Shown piece after piece: positions 32,276 through 42,247 of a stretch of 64,000 bases of DNA (position 1 is the stretch's first letter; every line of letters starts with the position of its first letter). The position numbers were made by a program, and so were the translations under genes. Location: positions 864,001 to 928,000 of the forward strand of contig CAVQBA010000004.1 in assembly GCA_963710605.1 (NCBI GenBank), given 5' to 3'. Under the pieces are notes generated by a model. It was not told the origin of the DNA. It saw only the letters and a list, made by a program, of their open reading frames with translations, and did no database searches. This DNA is from an uncultured cyanobacterium. GTDB lineage: Bacteria > Cyanobacteriota > Cyanobacteriia > Cyanobacteriales > Cyanobacteriaceae.

Positions 32276-32906
32276 ATGTCGATCTTGTTTGTCGAAAAAC
32301 ACATACTGTACGGCGAAAATGGGAAACCCGTAGATTTTATCAGAACACCGAATAAGTCAGGAAATCTCAATCCATCTTATTTAATTATGCACTATACAGC
32401 TAATACGTCGTTTCGCAACACCGTAAAGTGGTTTTCAAAACGTAGAGCGAAAGTTTCTTCCCATCTTGTGATTGGACGTGATGGAAAAATATGCCAGATG
32501 GTGCCATTTAATAGAATAGCTTGGCATGCAGGTGAAAGTAAATGGGGTGAATTAGAATCTCTTAACAGACACTCCATTGGCATCGAGCTGATCAATGCAG
32601 GTAAATTAGAACGCCAAGATGATAATTGGCTAAGTTGGGAAGGAAAACTTATACCCGATCGTGAAGTGGATATTCTATTACACAAGAACGAATCTACAGC
32701 TACAGGATGGCATAAATACAGTAAAAAGCAAATTTCAATGTCCATCAAAGTTGCTTGTGCATTACATGAAGAATACACTTTTAGAGGCATTTTAGGTCAT
32801 GATGATATTGCTCCAGAGAGGAAAATAGATCCAGGCACCTGCATTTCCGATGAAGGATTTTGTAAGTTGCGTACTACTTGAAAAACCTTTTAAAGTATAT
32901 CAATGA
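32276..32906 (+). CDS. N-acetylmuramoyl-L-alanine amidase (Amidase_2/AmpD-like) with a +1 frameshift near 32837; as written the ORF ends at 32881
   Basis: MHYTA, SSHLVI, AWHAGES, SIGIEL, GHDDIAPERKIDPG; the expected PAFPM continuation is in another frame. Confidence 0.88.
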
Positions 32907-33724
32907 AATTAACGAGAGAAGATTGGATATTCGGATGGGCGTGCGTACCTTCAAAAATTCCTAATACAGTTTTGGGATTTTTAGTTTGGTTTTGCCGAAA
33001 ATTGTATCGAACGTTGGCAAAACTAAGTCTGTTGTTATTATTTGCAATTATCGCAGGAGTCGTTTCAACACCTATTTTTTTACGGATATTGAGTCTAATT
33101 TTAATGGTGTTTGCTATTCCAATAATCCTACTACAATGGATTAATCCCCCTACTAGTTCATTTATACAGCAAAAGTCCAGTCAAATGAATGGACAAATTG
33201 CCTTGGATTGGGTCGATTACAATAATATCTCTAAGTATTTGATCTTAGCTATTCTTGTTGCAGAAGATCCTTATTTTGCTTGGCACATTGGCTTTGATCC
33301 TATTAATATATATAGAGCTTATAAACATAATAAAATAGGAAAGTCTGTAAAAGGTGGTAGTAGCATCACTCAACAGCTAGTCAAAAATCTATTTCTTTGG
33401 CCTGCAAGATCGTATATGAGGAAGATGATAGAACTGGCAATTACTCTAGTAATGGAAGCTTTTGTGACCAAAAAAAGAATTATCGAAATATATTTGAATA
33501 TTATTCAGTTCGATCGCACAATTTTTGGAATTAAACCAGCAACTCAACATTTCTATCATAAAAACGTATCTGAAATAACGATCGAGGAAGGTGCTTTAAT
33601 GGCGGCAGTTCTTCCTAATCCGATTATCTATAGAATAGATGCACCGTCACTAACTATACTTCAGTCGCAGGAATTGATTATCAGGAAAATGAAATTTACG
33701 GGCTTAGAAGCACTTCAGTTCTAA
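32903..33724 (+). CDS. mtgA: Monofunctional peptidoglycan transglycosylase (GT51)
   Basis: AEDPYFAWHIGFD, GGSSITQQLVKNLFL, RKMIE, KKRIIEIYLN, AAVLPNP. Confidence 0.9.
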   Translation: MKLTREDWIFGWACVPSKIPNTVLGFLVWFCRKLYRTLAKLSLLLLFAIIAGVVSTPIFLRILSLILMVFAIPIILLQWINPPTSSFIQQKSSQMNGQIALDWVDYNNISKYLILAILVAEDPYFAWHIGFDPINIYRAYKHNKIGKSVKGGSSITQQLVKNLFLWPARSYMRKMIELAITLVMEAFVTKKRIIEIYLNIIQFDRTIFGIKPATQHFYHKNVSEITIEEGALMAAVLPNPIIYRIDAPSLTILQSQELIIRKMKFTGLEALQF

Positions 33725-33750
33725 CTAAATTAATTTGGAGCTATCAACTA

Positions 33751-34581
33751 TTAAATTGTCTCTTTAATTAAAACGCCTTCTAGAGTAGCTAATTCAAAAT
33801 TAACTTGATTAATATTAGCTTGAAGCAAATTAGCATTAGTCAAATTACATCTAGTTAAATTAGACCATAATAAATTAGATTCAAATAAATTAGCTTCTTC
33901 TAAATTACTCATTTTCAAACTGCACCATGTAATTGTACTTTGAAAAAAATTACACCCAGTAAAAATACTATTGGCAAAATTACTTGAGCTTAAATTGGCA
34001 TGACTAAAATCAGCACCTTTTGCCATGATACCGATTCCATTAATCCCATTCATCTGGGTAGAAGACAGATTAGCTTGTTCTAGATTAGTATTCATCATAA
34101 TAGCATTAGTCAAATTCGCTCCTTGTAGGTTTGCACCTTGCAAATTAGCATCAGTTAAATTAGCTCGACTAAGCAAACAACCAATCATTTTAGCTTTTTG
34201 AAAATTAGTTTTTCTAAGATTAGTATCATGTAATAAAGACTGAGTTAAAACACAACCACTAAAATCACTTTCGCTTAAATTAGCATTTCTTAAACTAGCA
34301 TTAGTAAGGTTACAATCTAATATTTTACTTTGTTTTATTTTGGCTTGAATCAAATTTATTTCACTCAAATTTGCTTTCGTTAAAGTAGAGTGATTGAGAT
34401 TAACTTCTTTTAAATTCGCTCTTACTAATAAACAATCAATAAAATTTGTTCCACTTAAGTCAGCTTCTTTGAGATTAATACGGTTAAGTTTTAAATGAGC
34501 TAAATTTTGACCACTAAGATCAACTTTCTGAAAATCGGTTTGACCTTGATTATATCTTTCTATTAATTCTTGAATATCCAT
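33751..34581 (-). CDS. Pentapeptide repeat protein
   Basis: Continuous A(N/D)Lxx repeats. Confidence 0.95.
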   Translation of the reverse strand: MDIQELIERYNQGQTDFQKVDLSGQNLAHLKLNRINLKEADLSGTNFIDCLLVRANLKEVNLNHSTLTKANLSEINLIQAKIKQSKILDCNLTNASLRNANLSESDFSGCVLTQSLLHDTNLRKTNFQKAKMIGCLLSRANLTDANLQGANLQGANLTNAIMMNTNLEQANLSSTQMNGINGIGIMAKGADFSHANLSSSNFANSIFTGCNFFQSTITWCSLKMSNLEEANLFESNLLWSNLTRCNLTNANLLQANINQVNFELATLEGVLIKETI

Positions 34582-34608
34582 TCTTTATCTTAATTTAATT
34601 GAGGCTAG

Positions 34609-35844
34609 TTAAAGTATTTTTTGTTTGATAAATTGAGCAATACGTAGTGATGCACCAACTTCTCCTAATCTTTTTTTGCCATTAATCTTCATTTCTTCTT
34701 GCCATTGTGAGGGTTGTGATAATAATTGTTGTATTTTTGAACCAACTTCTTGGGGATGATTTAATAATTGTAATGATTTGCCTAACAAACGTTTTTGATT
34801 TTGAGCAAATTGTAAGTTATATTGAGGTCCAAAACCTGGAAAAACGATCGCACATTTTCCTAATCCAACAAATTGTTCGGTTGCTGTACCAGCGGTTGCT
34901 AAAGCTAAATTACAATAGTTTAAACACTGATTATAGGCTTGTTGACTTAAAACAAGTTTAGTCTTTTTTTTCCTAAAGTAATATAGTACATTAGGATCGT
35001 CAATTATTAGATCAAAATCTTTAATCATTTGTTTTTCCCAACCGAAATCAGACAAATGTGTTTCAAACTTTTCTAATGATAATGAAGGTGCGATCGCACC
35101 CAGACAAACAAAATCTTCAGTAAATGTAGCGATGATTGAATCAATACCTTGCAAAATTAATTGCCAATTATCGATCGCTTCAGGTATTCTTGAGCCAGGT
35201 AACAACAAAACTTTTAACTTATATTTCCTATCATCTTCAACCAAATTAGCCGATAAATCATCTATCATGGGATTGCCTAAATTCTGAGCTGAAATCCCTA
35301 ATTTTTGTAACTTTAGTGTAGTAATATTGTCACGAGGAAAAACAGCCAAACAACGACGATTTTTCATTAACCAACATTCCCAGGGATAATAAACACTATC
35401 TCCATAACGCTGTAAAAGTGAAATATCTTCTAACCAACCATTTTCATCTTGGCGATAATATTCAGATTTAGCTGTGCCGACAAAAAAATATTTACCTCCA
35501 GCTAACCAAGCTACTAATAAAGGTAATATATCCCCAACAGCTAAAATTTTCCCGCCTTTTTTTACCCATGCTCTTACCGCCTGATATTGCTGTATAGTTA
35601 AACCAATTAAGCCATGACGTATATCTGACCATAATTGTTTTCTATCCATATTGACAAACCCACCAGACGGCATAGATTTGACAGCGGTAATTATCTCTAC
35701 TCCTTGTTGCTGATAAGCAAAACCTTTTCCCACCATTGGCAAACAAGCAATTTCGATCGAGGGTAATATTTGTTTTAATTGCTGAATTATTTTCACCGCA
35801 ATAATATCTTCACCATGCCCGTTACTGATAACTAATAATTTCAT
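34609..35844 (-). CDS. Lipid-A-disaccharide synthase-related glycosyltransferase
   Basis: ISNGHGEDIIA, MPSGGF, GTAKS, GNPM, LLPGSR, AGTATEQFVGLG. Confidence 0.85.
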   Translation of the reverse strand: MKLLVISNGHGEDIIAVKIIQQLKQILPSIEIACLPMVGKGFAYQQQGVEIITAVKSMPSGGFVNMDRKQLWSDIRHGLIGLTIQQYQAVRAWVKKGGKILAVGDILPLLVAWLAGGKYFFVGTAKSEYYRQDENGWLEDISLLQRYGDSVYYPWECWLMKNRRCLAVFPRDNITTLKLQKLGISAQNLGNPMIDDLSANLVEDDRKYKLKVLLLPGSRIPEAIDNWQLILQGIDSIIATFTEDFVCLGAIAPSLSLEKFETHLSDFGWEKQMIKDFDLIIDDPNVLYYFRKKKTKLVLSQQAYNQCLNYCNLALATAGTATEQFVGLGKCAIVFPGFGPQYNLQFAQNQKRLLGKSLQLLNHPQEVGSKIQQLLSQPSQWQEEMKINGKKRLGEVGASLRIAQFIKQKIL

Positions 35845-36316
35845 GGCTAAATTCGTAAATCATGAATATAGATAATATATGGCACAAAACAGACAACAGA
35901 AATAATTTAATTGTCAATTGTCAATTGTCAATTGTCAATTCTCTTTGTACATTTTAAGACAATCTCTACCTGCATTTTTAGCACTATAAAGAGCTTCATC
36001 AGCTTTTTTAATAATTGTCTTTACATTTGTACCATGATTTGGACATATAGCAAAACCGATCGAAATACTGATTGATTCTAATTTTTTTCCTTCATAATAT
36101 AAATCTAAATTTTTGACTTGCTTTCTAATTGTTTCTAATTGTTGTTCGAGATTGTCTAAATCAATGTTGGTAAAAACTAAAGTCATTTCTTCGCCACCAT
36201 AACGACAAGCAATACTGTCATCTGTGGTTTGAGAATTTAGATAGTTTGCCAATCGTTGTAAAACATAATCACCCGCTGGGTGTGCGTAAGTATCATTAAT
36301 ACATTTAAAACGATCG
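35781..36316. repeat. Copy 1 of a ~536-bp direct repeat
   Basis: Collinear with 37670-38205 at a constant offset of 1889. Confidence 0.92.
35935..36316 (-). pseudogene. 5'-truncated GGDEF domain (partial copy of the 37824-39770 gene end)
   Basis: DRFKCINDTYAHPAGD...RYGGEEM...AKNAGRD; lacks the first beta strand and any sensor domains. Confidence 0.85.
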
Positions 36317-36430
36317 TATCAATATTATCAAATCAAAAATCCAACATTAATAATTTTATAATAAGACAAAAAAAAGGAACAATTATCATTAATTGCCCCC
36401 TAAAAATAAATTGATTTCAAAATAAATTGA

Positions 36431-37066
36431 TTAAGCATTTTGCTTTTTGCGTTTTTTCATTAAAGTACCAAATCCTAAAGCAGTCATCGTACCTAAAATA
36501 GTAATAGGTTCGGGTACTTCCTGAAATTGATAAGTAATCGTATCTGCACCACTATTAAAACCAGAAGTATAAGTACCAGGATTGATTCCTAAACTGTCAA
36601 AATCTTCACCAGAAAAAGTCATAGTACCACTGAGAGAGCCACCTGAATAACCTGCTGGTAATCTAACAGGGGTATTGTCATTGTCAGCACGAAGGAAAAA
36701 GAAATCACCTGAGGAGAAAGAATCTGCTTGAGTTGTCCCATCATCTCCAAAAATCAAAGCTAATGGATTATCAAGAAGATTACGATAAACATCGGTAGAG
36801 GTTGAAGCAGTTGGATTAAATCTGACTATGCCACGATTTGGTCTGATTCTAGAACTACCCGTAATAGAATTAGTACTGTTAGGAGTCAAACCAGTGACAT
36901 CTAAACTTCCGCTAAGAGTAAATACTACATCACCTGCTCCTGTTTCTACCCCTCTAACAAGTATCGCTGCATCTGCTTTTTGTGTTGTCAAACCGCTAAT
37001 TAATCCACCGCCGATAATAGTTACGGCTAAAGTGTTTTTCAGGGTTGAATTCGATCGTTTTTTCAT
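36431..37066 (-). CDS. PEP-CTERM sorting-domain protein (likely start MKKRSN at 37066)
   Basis: Signal peptide ending ADA; C-terminus VPEPITILGTMTALGFGTLMKKRKK. Confidence 0.9.
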   Translation of the reverse strand: MKKRSNSTLKNTLAVTIIGGGLISGLTTQKADAAILVRGVETGAGDVVFTLSGSLDVTGLTPNSTNSITGSSRIRPNRGIVRFNPTASTSTDVYRNLLDNPLALIFGDDGTTQADSFSSGDFFFLRADNDNTPVRLPAGYSGGSLSGTMTFSGEDFDSLGINPGTYTSGFNSGADTITYQFQEVPEPITILGTMTALGFGTLMKKRKKQNA

Positions 37067-37498
37067 AGCTATAATTTTAATATTTAAAAATAGTAATAGG
37101 ATACTCTTCAACTATACGTTTAAAAACCAAAAAAGTAAACTAGTTTGAGAACAAAATTGTAAAAAAATAGTTATTTTTAAAAAGGTTTATGATATTAATA
37201 TTATATTTACTTATAATCTAACTGAATATAGCTTTTATTTTCAGACATAATTAATTCATTATACTAAAAAAATAAAATATATTGATAAATCTCTTTCAAG
37301 CCACGACTGTAATAATTAATAATAGATAATTACTCTGAAAAATAAATTTTGTAGTCATTTTTACAGTTTTAAATAGCTTTATGTAATTCAATAAGTTTCC
37401 TAAATCTAATCTCTTTCCAAAAAATTGTCTTTGACTACCTACTTCTGGACTAACTTGTTTTCGGGTAAGATATCGGTTAATTATTTTTAAAATATTTA

Positions 37499-37675
37499 TT
37501 GATAAAATTAATTTCTATGTTAGGTTCTACAGGTTTTGTCGGTACATGAATACTAAATGTTGTACGAAAAAATCCAGAAAGCTTTAAAGTTATTGGTTTA
37601 GCCGCAGAAAATTATATTACTTTACTTGCCTAACAAATCAAAGAATTTCAACCCGAAACTGTGGCGATAGCTGAA
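37499..37675 (+). pseudogene. dxr: Decayed 5' fragment of 1-deoxy-D-xylulose-5-phosphate reductoisomerase
   Basis: Manual translation: (L)IKLISMLGSTGFVGT*ILNVVRKNPESFKVIGLAAENYITLLA*QIKEFQPETVAIAE, matching the DXR LGSTGSIGTQTLD...GLAA...QI..F.P..VAI N-terminus, with two stops. Confidence 0.85.
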
Positions 37676-38205
37676 TTATTTTCACCGCAATAATATCTTC
37701 ACCATGCCCATTACTAATAACTAATAATTTCATTCCTAAATTCGTAAATCATGAATATAGATAATATATGGCACAAAACAGACAACAGAAATAATTTAAT
37801 TGTCAATTGTCAATTGTCAATTCTCAATTCTCTTTGTATATTTTAAGACAATCTCTACCTGCATTTTTAGCATTATAAAGTGCTTGATCAGCTTTTTTAA
37901 TAATTGTTGTGACATTTGTACCATGATCAGGACATAAAGCAAAACCGATCGAAACACTGATTGAATCTAATCTTTTTCCTTCATAATATAAATCTAAATT
38001 TTTGACTTGCTTTCTAATTTTTTCTAATTGTTGTTCGAGGTTTTCTGAATCAATTTGGGTAAAGACTAAAGTCATTTCTTCTCCACCATAACGACAAGCT
38101 ATACCCTTATCTGTGACTTGAGTGTTCAAAAAATGTGCTAATTGTTGTAAAACATAATCGCCCGCAGGATGCCCATAAGTATCATTAACACATTTAAAAC
38201 GATCG
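37670..38205. repeat. Copy 2 of the ~536-bp direct repeat (includes an orphan first ~21 codons of the glycosyltransferase gene)
   Basis: Matches 35781-36316. Confidence 0.92.
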
Positions 38206-39770
38206 ACATCAATCATTGCTAAACCCAAACTAGTTTTATTCACCAAACTTTTACTAATTTCTTTATGTAAATATTTTTCTAAATAACGGCGATTATACAA
38301 ATTCGTCAAACTATCTTTGAGACTTTGGTTATGAAGATCTTCTTGAATATTAATATTAGCAAAAGCCAAAGCAATTTGTTTAGATAAAGTTTCTAATAGT
38401 GATTTTTTTTGTGGTTGTATTAATTGATTATTATTATCAAAAATACTGAATAAACCTATATTTTTACCTTGAGCAGTTAAAGGTACACATAAACTATTAT
38501 TAGGTAAAAATTGCTCTTGTAGATGATGACAAAAAAGCTTTTCTTTTGCTTTATCTGCTGTATAAAGATTTCCTCTTCTTAATCCCCAACATTGCTCACT
38601 AGTTAGATATAAACTGCTATATTTTTCTTCACCCCAAAAAACGACTCTAACTAATAAATCATCTTCTATATTATTCATAAAAATTGCTCCGGAAGTATCA
38701 GGAAATATGGAGCAAATTAGATCAGGTAAAACAGTAATTACTTCATCCAAACTCAGACAAATAGATAGAAAATCATTAAATTTACCTAACTGAATCATTT
38801 CCTGATGGCGAGTTTCTAGAGCGGCTATTTTGTCAGCTAATTGAATGTTAACGTCTCTTAATTCTAATTCGATGTTTTTACGTTCGGTTATATCTACTGC
38901 TAAACCTAAAATTTTAGTAACTATACCGTCTGGATTATATTCAAAAGGTGTATCTCTTGTATGTATCCAACGCCATTTATTGTGTAAATCTTGAATTCGA
39001 TAATCAATTTCTAGATAATTATCTGGTGCTAAAACACTACATTTTTCTAAATGTTTTGCCATTATTTGACGATCGTCATTATGTACTAAATCAGGAATAA
39101 TACTAGTTAGCTGAATACTATTTCTTTCATATTTTAAGGTTTCTTCAATAAAGTTATTAAAATAAATATTTTGCTTTTTTTCTAAGTCATAAATATATAA
39201 CATACAAGGAGTCAAATCGGTAATTTTTTGAGTTAAATCTTGACTTTCTTTTAATTTTTTATTAGTTTCTTTTAATTCATGAGTTCTAGTTTCTACTCTT
39301 TTTTCTAACTCCAAATTAAGTTGTAAAATTTGTTCTTGAGCAATACGTCTTTCTTCTACTTCTTTTTCTAATTTTTTATTCAAATTCTCTAATTCTTGCG
39401 GTGATGCCATCGTCAAGGCTAAGGGAATAATAGAATATAAAGAAAAGGCAGTATAAATAGAAATTAACGCCGTAGAAGCTTTGAGCAATCCTGAAAACCA
39501 ATACCATGGATACCAAAGAGTAACAACTGCCATTAAATGGGTTGTGCCACATAAAATGATAAAAGCCGAAAACATAACAAAAATACCTTTAAAAGGAATA
39601 TCTTGCCGATTACGAATAAAATAAATCAGTGTTAAGGGTATTGAATAATAAGATAAAGCAATCATTGCGTCGGATAAAGTATGTAACCCAACTAAAGGAG
39701 TTTGCCATAAGTAACAATGTCCATGAGGAATATAAGACGTTTGAAAAATATTATTAATTGATTCTGCCAT
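37824..39770 (-). CDS. Diguanylate cyclase with ETR1-like ethylene-binding TM domain, PAS and GAF
   Basis: SDAMIALSYYSIP...FIILCGTTH; PAS (VHNDDR..WRWI..DITERK); GAF (CWGLRRG, LCVPL); DSLTNLYNRR, DVDRFK, RYGGEE. Confidence 0.9.
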   Translation of the reverse strand: MAESINNIFQTSYIPHGHCYLWQTPLVGLHTLSDAMIALSYYSIPLTLIYFIRNRQDIPFKGIFVMFSAFIILCGTTHLMAVVTLWYPWYWFSGLLKASTALISIYTAFSLYSIIPLALTMASPQELENLNKKLEKEVEERRIAQEQILQLNLELEKRVETRTHELKETNKKLKESQDLTQKITDLTPCMLYIYDLEKKQNIYFNNFIEETLKYERNSIQLTSIIPDLVHNDDRQIMAKHLEKCSVLAPDNYLEIDYRIQDLHNKWRWIHTRDTPFEYNPDGIVTKILGLAVDITERKNIELELRDVNIQLADKIAALETRHQEMIQLGKFNDFLSICLSLDEVITVLPDLICSIFPDTSGAIFMNNIEDDLLVRVVFWGEEKYSSLYLTSEQCWGLRRGNLYTADKAKEKLFCHHLQEQFLPNNSLCVPLTAQGKNIGLFSIFDNNNQLIQPQKKSLLETLSKQIALAFANINIQEDLHNQSLKDSLTNLYNRRYLEKYLHKEISKSLVNKTSLGLAMIDVDRFKCVNDTYGHPAGDYVLQQLAHFLNTQVTDKGIACRYGGEEMTLVFTQIDSENLEQQLEKIRKQVKNLDLYYEGKRLDSISVSIGFALCPDHGTNVTTIIKKADQALYNAKNAGRDCLKIYKEN

Positions 39771-40001
39771 TTTTATTTTTTCTAAACTTAGACTCGTTTA
39801 GTCAATAATTTATATAATAATCAAGATTGTGTATTAATAACTTAATGGTAAGTTTATCGATCGATTTTTAATTATCATCAAAGATTAGCGAATCAATTTT
39901 AATAATTAATTTATCATTTACGATCGTTTGCCGTTAGCAAATAATTAGCCTAAAAACTACAATTAAGAATTTTTACGATGAAACTCATCTCTTGTTAGTT
40001 T

Positions 40002-40040
40002 TTACTCGTTACTCGTTACTCCTTACTCATTACTCAATTA
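40002..40040. repeat. Heptamer tandem repeat (TTACTCN)x5
   Basis: ttactcg ttactcg ttactcc ttactca ttactca just before recQ. Confidence 0.85.
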
Positions 40041-40043
40041 ACG

Positions 40044-42164
40044 ATGGTATCTTTACAGCAAGCACTCAAAAAATATTTTGGTTATGATAGTTTTCGCCAA
40101 GGGCAAGAAGAAATAATTCAATATGCATTATCAAATCAAGATTTACTGGTAATTATGCCCACAGGCGGTGGTAAATCTCTGTGTTTTCAACTTCCTGCAT
40201 TATTAAAAAAAGGTGTAACTATTGTTGTATCTCCTTTGATTGCTTTAATGCAAGATCAAGTTACTTCTTTAAATGATAACGGTATTAATGCCACTTTTCT
40301 TAATAGTACGATCGATTCTACTGAAGTTCGTCGCCGAGAAAATGCTATCCTTGCAGGTGAAACCAAGCTAGTTTATTTAGCCCCAGAAAGACTAGTTAAC
40401 GATCGATGTCAAGAGTTTCTACACAAAATACATCGTACTGTTTCAATTAGTGGTTTTGCGATCGATGAAGCCCATTGTATCTCGGAATGGGGGCATGATT
40501 TTCGGCAAGAATACCGACAACTAAGAAAACTACGCTCGACTTTTCCTCAGGTTGGTTTTATGGCATTAACAGCTACAGCTACCCCTAGAGTACAAAAAGA
40601 CATTATTCGTCAACTTAATTTACGTCAACCGATTATACGTCGCTTTAGTTTTAATCGTCCCAATCTCTATTATGAAGTACAGCCTCGGCAAAAACGTCCT
40701 TATCCACAAATTTTACGTCTGATTAATAGTATCTCAGGTTCAGGTATCATTTATTGTTTTGCTCGTAAAACTACCGAAGAATTAGCTCAAGGATTACAAA
40801 AAAGTGGGATTTTAGCATTACCTTATCATGGTGGTTTAAGTGACTCTATAAGAGCTAAAAATCAAGAAAAATTTATTCGTGATGATGTCCAAATTATAGT
40901 TGCCACAATTGCTTTTGGTATGGGTATCAACAAACCTGATGTGCGTTTTGTCATTCATCATAATTTACCCAGAAATATCGAAAGTTATTATCAAGAATCT
41001 GGTAGGGCGGGAAGAGATGGAGAATCAGCAAAATGTATCTTACTTTATAATTCTGGTGATGAATTTAAAATTAATTATTTCATTAGACAAAAAGAAAATT
41101 TAGCTGAACAAAAAATTGCTCATCAACAATTACAAAAAGTTTTAGATTATGCTCAAACAAATGATTGTCGTCGGATTGTTCAATTAAGTTATTTTGGTGA
41201 ATATTTTGCAGGGGATTGTGATGGTTGTGATAATTGTTTAAATCCTGCTGAAAGAGAAGATTGGACGATCGAAGCACAAATGTTTTTATCTTGTATTGCT
41301 CGTACTAATCAAAGATTTGGAACTAACTATATTATAGATGTTTTAAAAGGCTCAAAAAGTGACAAAATCCAAAAATATGGTCATCATTTATTATCAACTT
41401 ACGGTATTGGTACAGGTAAAACTAACGAACAATGGAAACATTTAGCTCGTAGTTTAGTTTCTAAAGGATTAGTAAATCAAACGACAGATGGCTATAATGT
41501 TTTAAAATTAAATCGACAAAGCTGGTATGTTTTAAAACAACAAAAAAAAGTCGAAATAGCTGTTTTATCTAAAACTAATAAGTCAGCTAATCAAGATGAT
41601 AATCCACGTAAATTGCAAGCCGAATTATTATTCAATAAACTTAAACAATTAAGAAAAAAATTAGCCGATCGAGAAAATGTTGCTCCTTATGTGGTTTTTG
41701 GAGATTCAACTTTAAAATTAATGGCTCAAATACAACCAAAAAGTTTAGCTAGTTTAAGTAAGTTATCTGGTATTACTGAATATAAATTAAATAAATACGG
41801 TAATCATTTTGTTCAAGAAATACTCGCTACGACTGCTGATGTGATTCCGATTGCTTTACCAACAAGTACACAAATGAAAACATTACAATTATATCAGCAA
41901 GGAAATACGATCGAGCAAATTGCTAAAACCAGAGGTTATAACACAAGAACGATCGTTGATCATATTAGCGAATTAATCGAACTAAATCAACCTTTAAATA
42001 TCAATAGTTTTGTTGATAAAACAACCAGAAAAGCTATTATGGAAGTGATCAAAAAAGTAGGAGACAAATCTTTAAAAGTGATTAAAGAAAATCTCGATGA
42101 TAGTTATTCCTATGATCAAATCAAATTTGTCAGAGCATGGTATCGTCGGCAGAATAATAATTAG
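40044..42164 (+). CDS. recQ: DNA helicase RecQ
   Basis: MPTGGGKS, DEAHCISEWGHDFR, QESGRAGRDG, zinc domain, RQC and HRDC. Confidence 0.97.
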   Translation: MVSLQQALKKYFGYDSFRQGQEEIIQYALSNQDLLVIMPTGGGKSLCFQLPALLKKGVTIVVSPLIALMQDQVTSLNDNGINATFLNSTIDSTEVRRRENAILAGETKLVYLAPERLVNDRCQEFLHKIHRTVSISGFAIDEAHCISEWGHDFRQEYRQLRKLRSTFPQVGFMALTATATPRVQKDIIRQLNLRQPIIRRFSFNRPNLYYEVQPRQKRPYPQILRLINSISGSGIIYCFARKTTEELAQGLQKSGILALPYHGGLSDSIRAKNQEKFIRDDVQIIVATIAFGMGINKPDVRFVIHHNLPRNIESYYQESGRAGRDGESAKCILLYNSGDEFKINYFIRQKENLAEQKIAHQQLQKVLDYAQTNDCRRIVQLSYFGEYFAGDCDGCDNCLNPAEREDWTIEAQMFLSCIARTNQRFGTNYIIDVLKGSKSDKIQKYGHHLLSTYGIGTGKTNEQWKHLARSLVSKGLVNQTTDGYNVLKLNRQSWYVLKQQKKVEIAVLSKTNKSANQDDNPRKLQAELLFNKLKQLRKKLADRENVAPYVVFGDSTLKLMAQIQPKSLASLSKLSGITEYKLNKYGNHFVQEILATTADVIPIALPTSTQMKTLQLYQQGNTIEQIAKTRGYNTRTIVDHISELIELNQPLNINSFVDKTTRKAIMEVIKKVGDKSLKVIKENLDDSYSYDQIKFVRAWYRRQNNN

Positions 42165-42247
42165 TTCAAAAATAAATCAGATAATTATTCATTAACTTAT
42201 TTTAACTTTTATTACTACTTTTTAGTTTGTTATATCTAATTATTTTC

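Noticed and set aside
33751-34581. Periodic DNA pattern
   Set aside because: Explained by ordinary pentapeptide-repeat coding.
35935-36252. Standalone functional 105-aa GGDEF protein
   Set aside because: TTG start is internal; the N-terminal metal-binding strand is missing; it lies within the duplicated segment.
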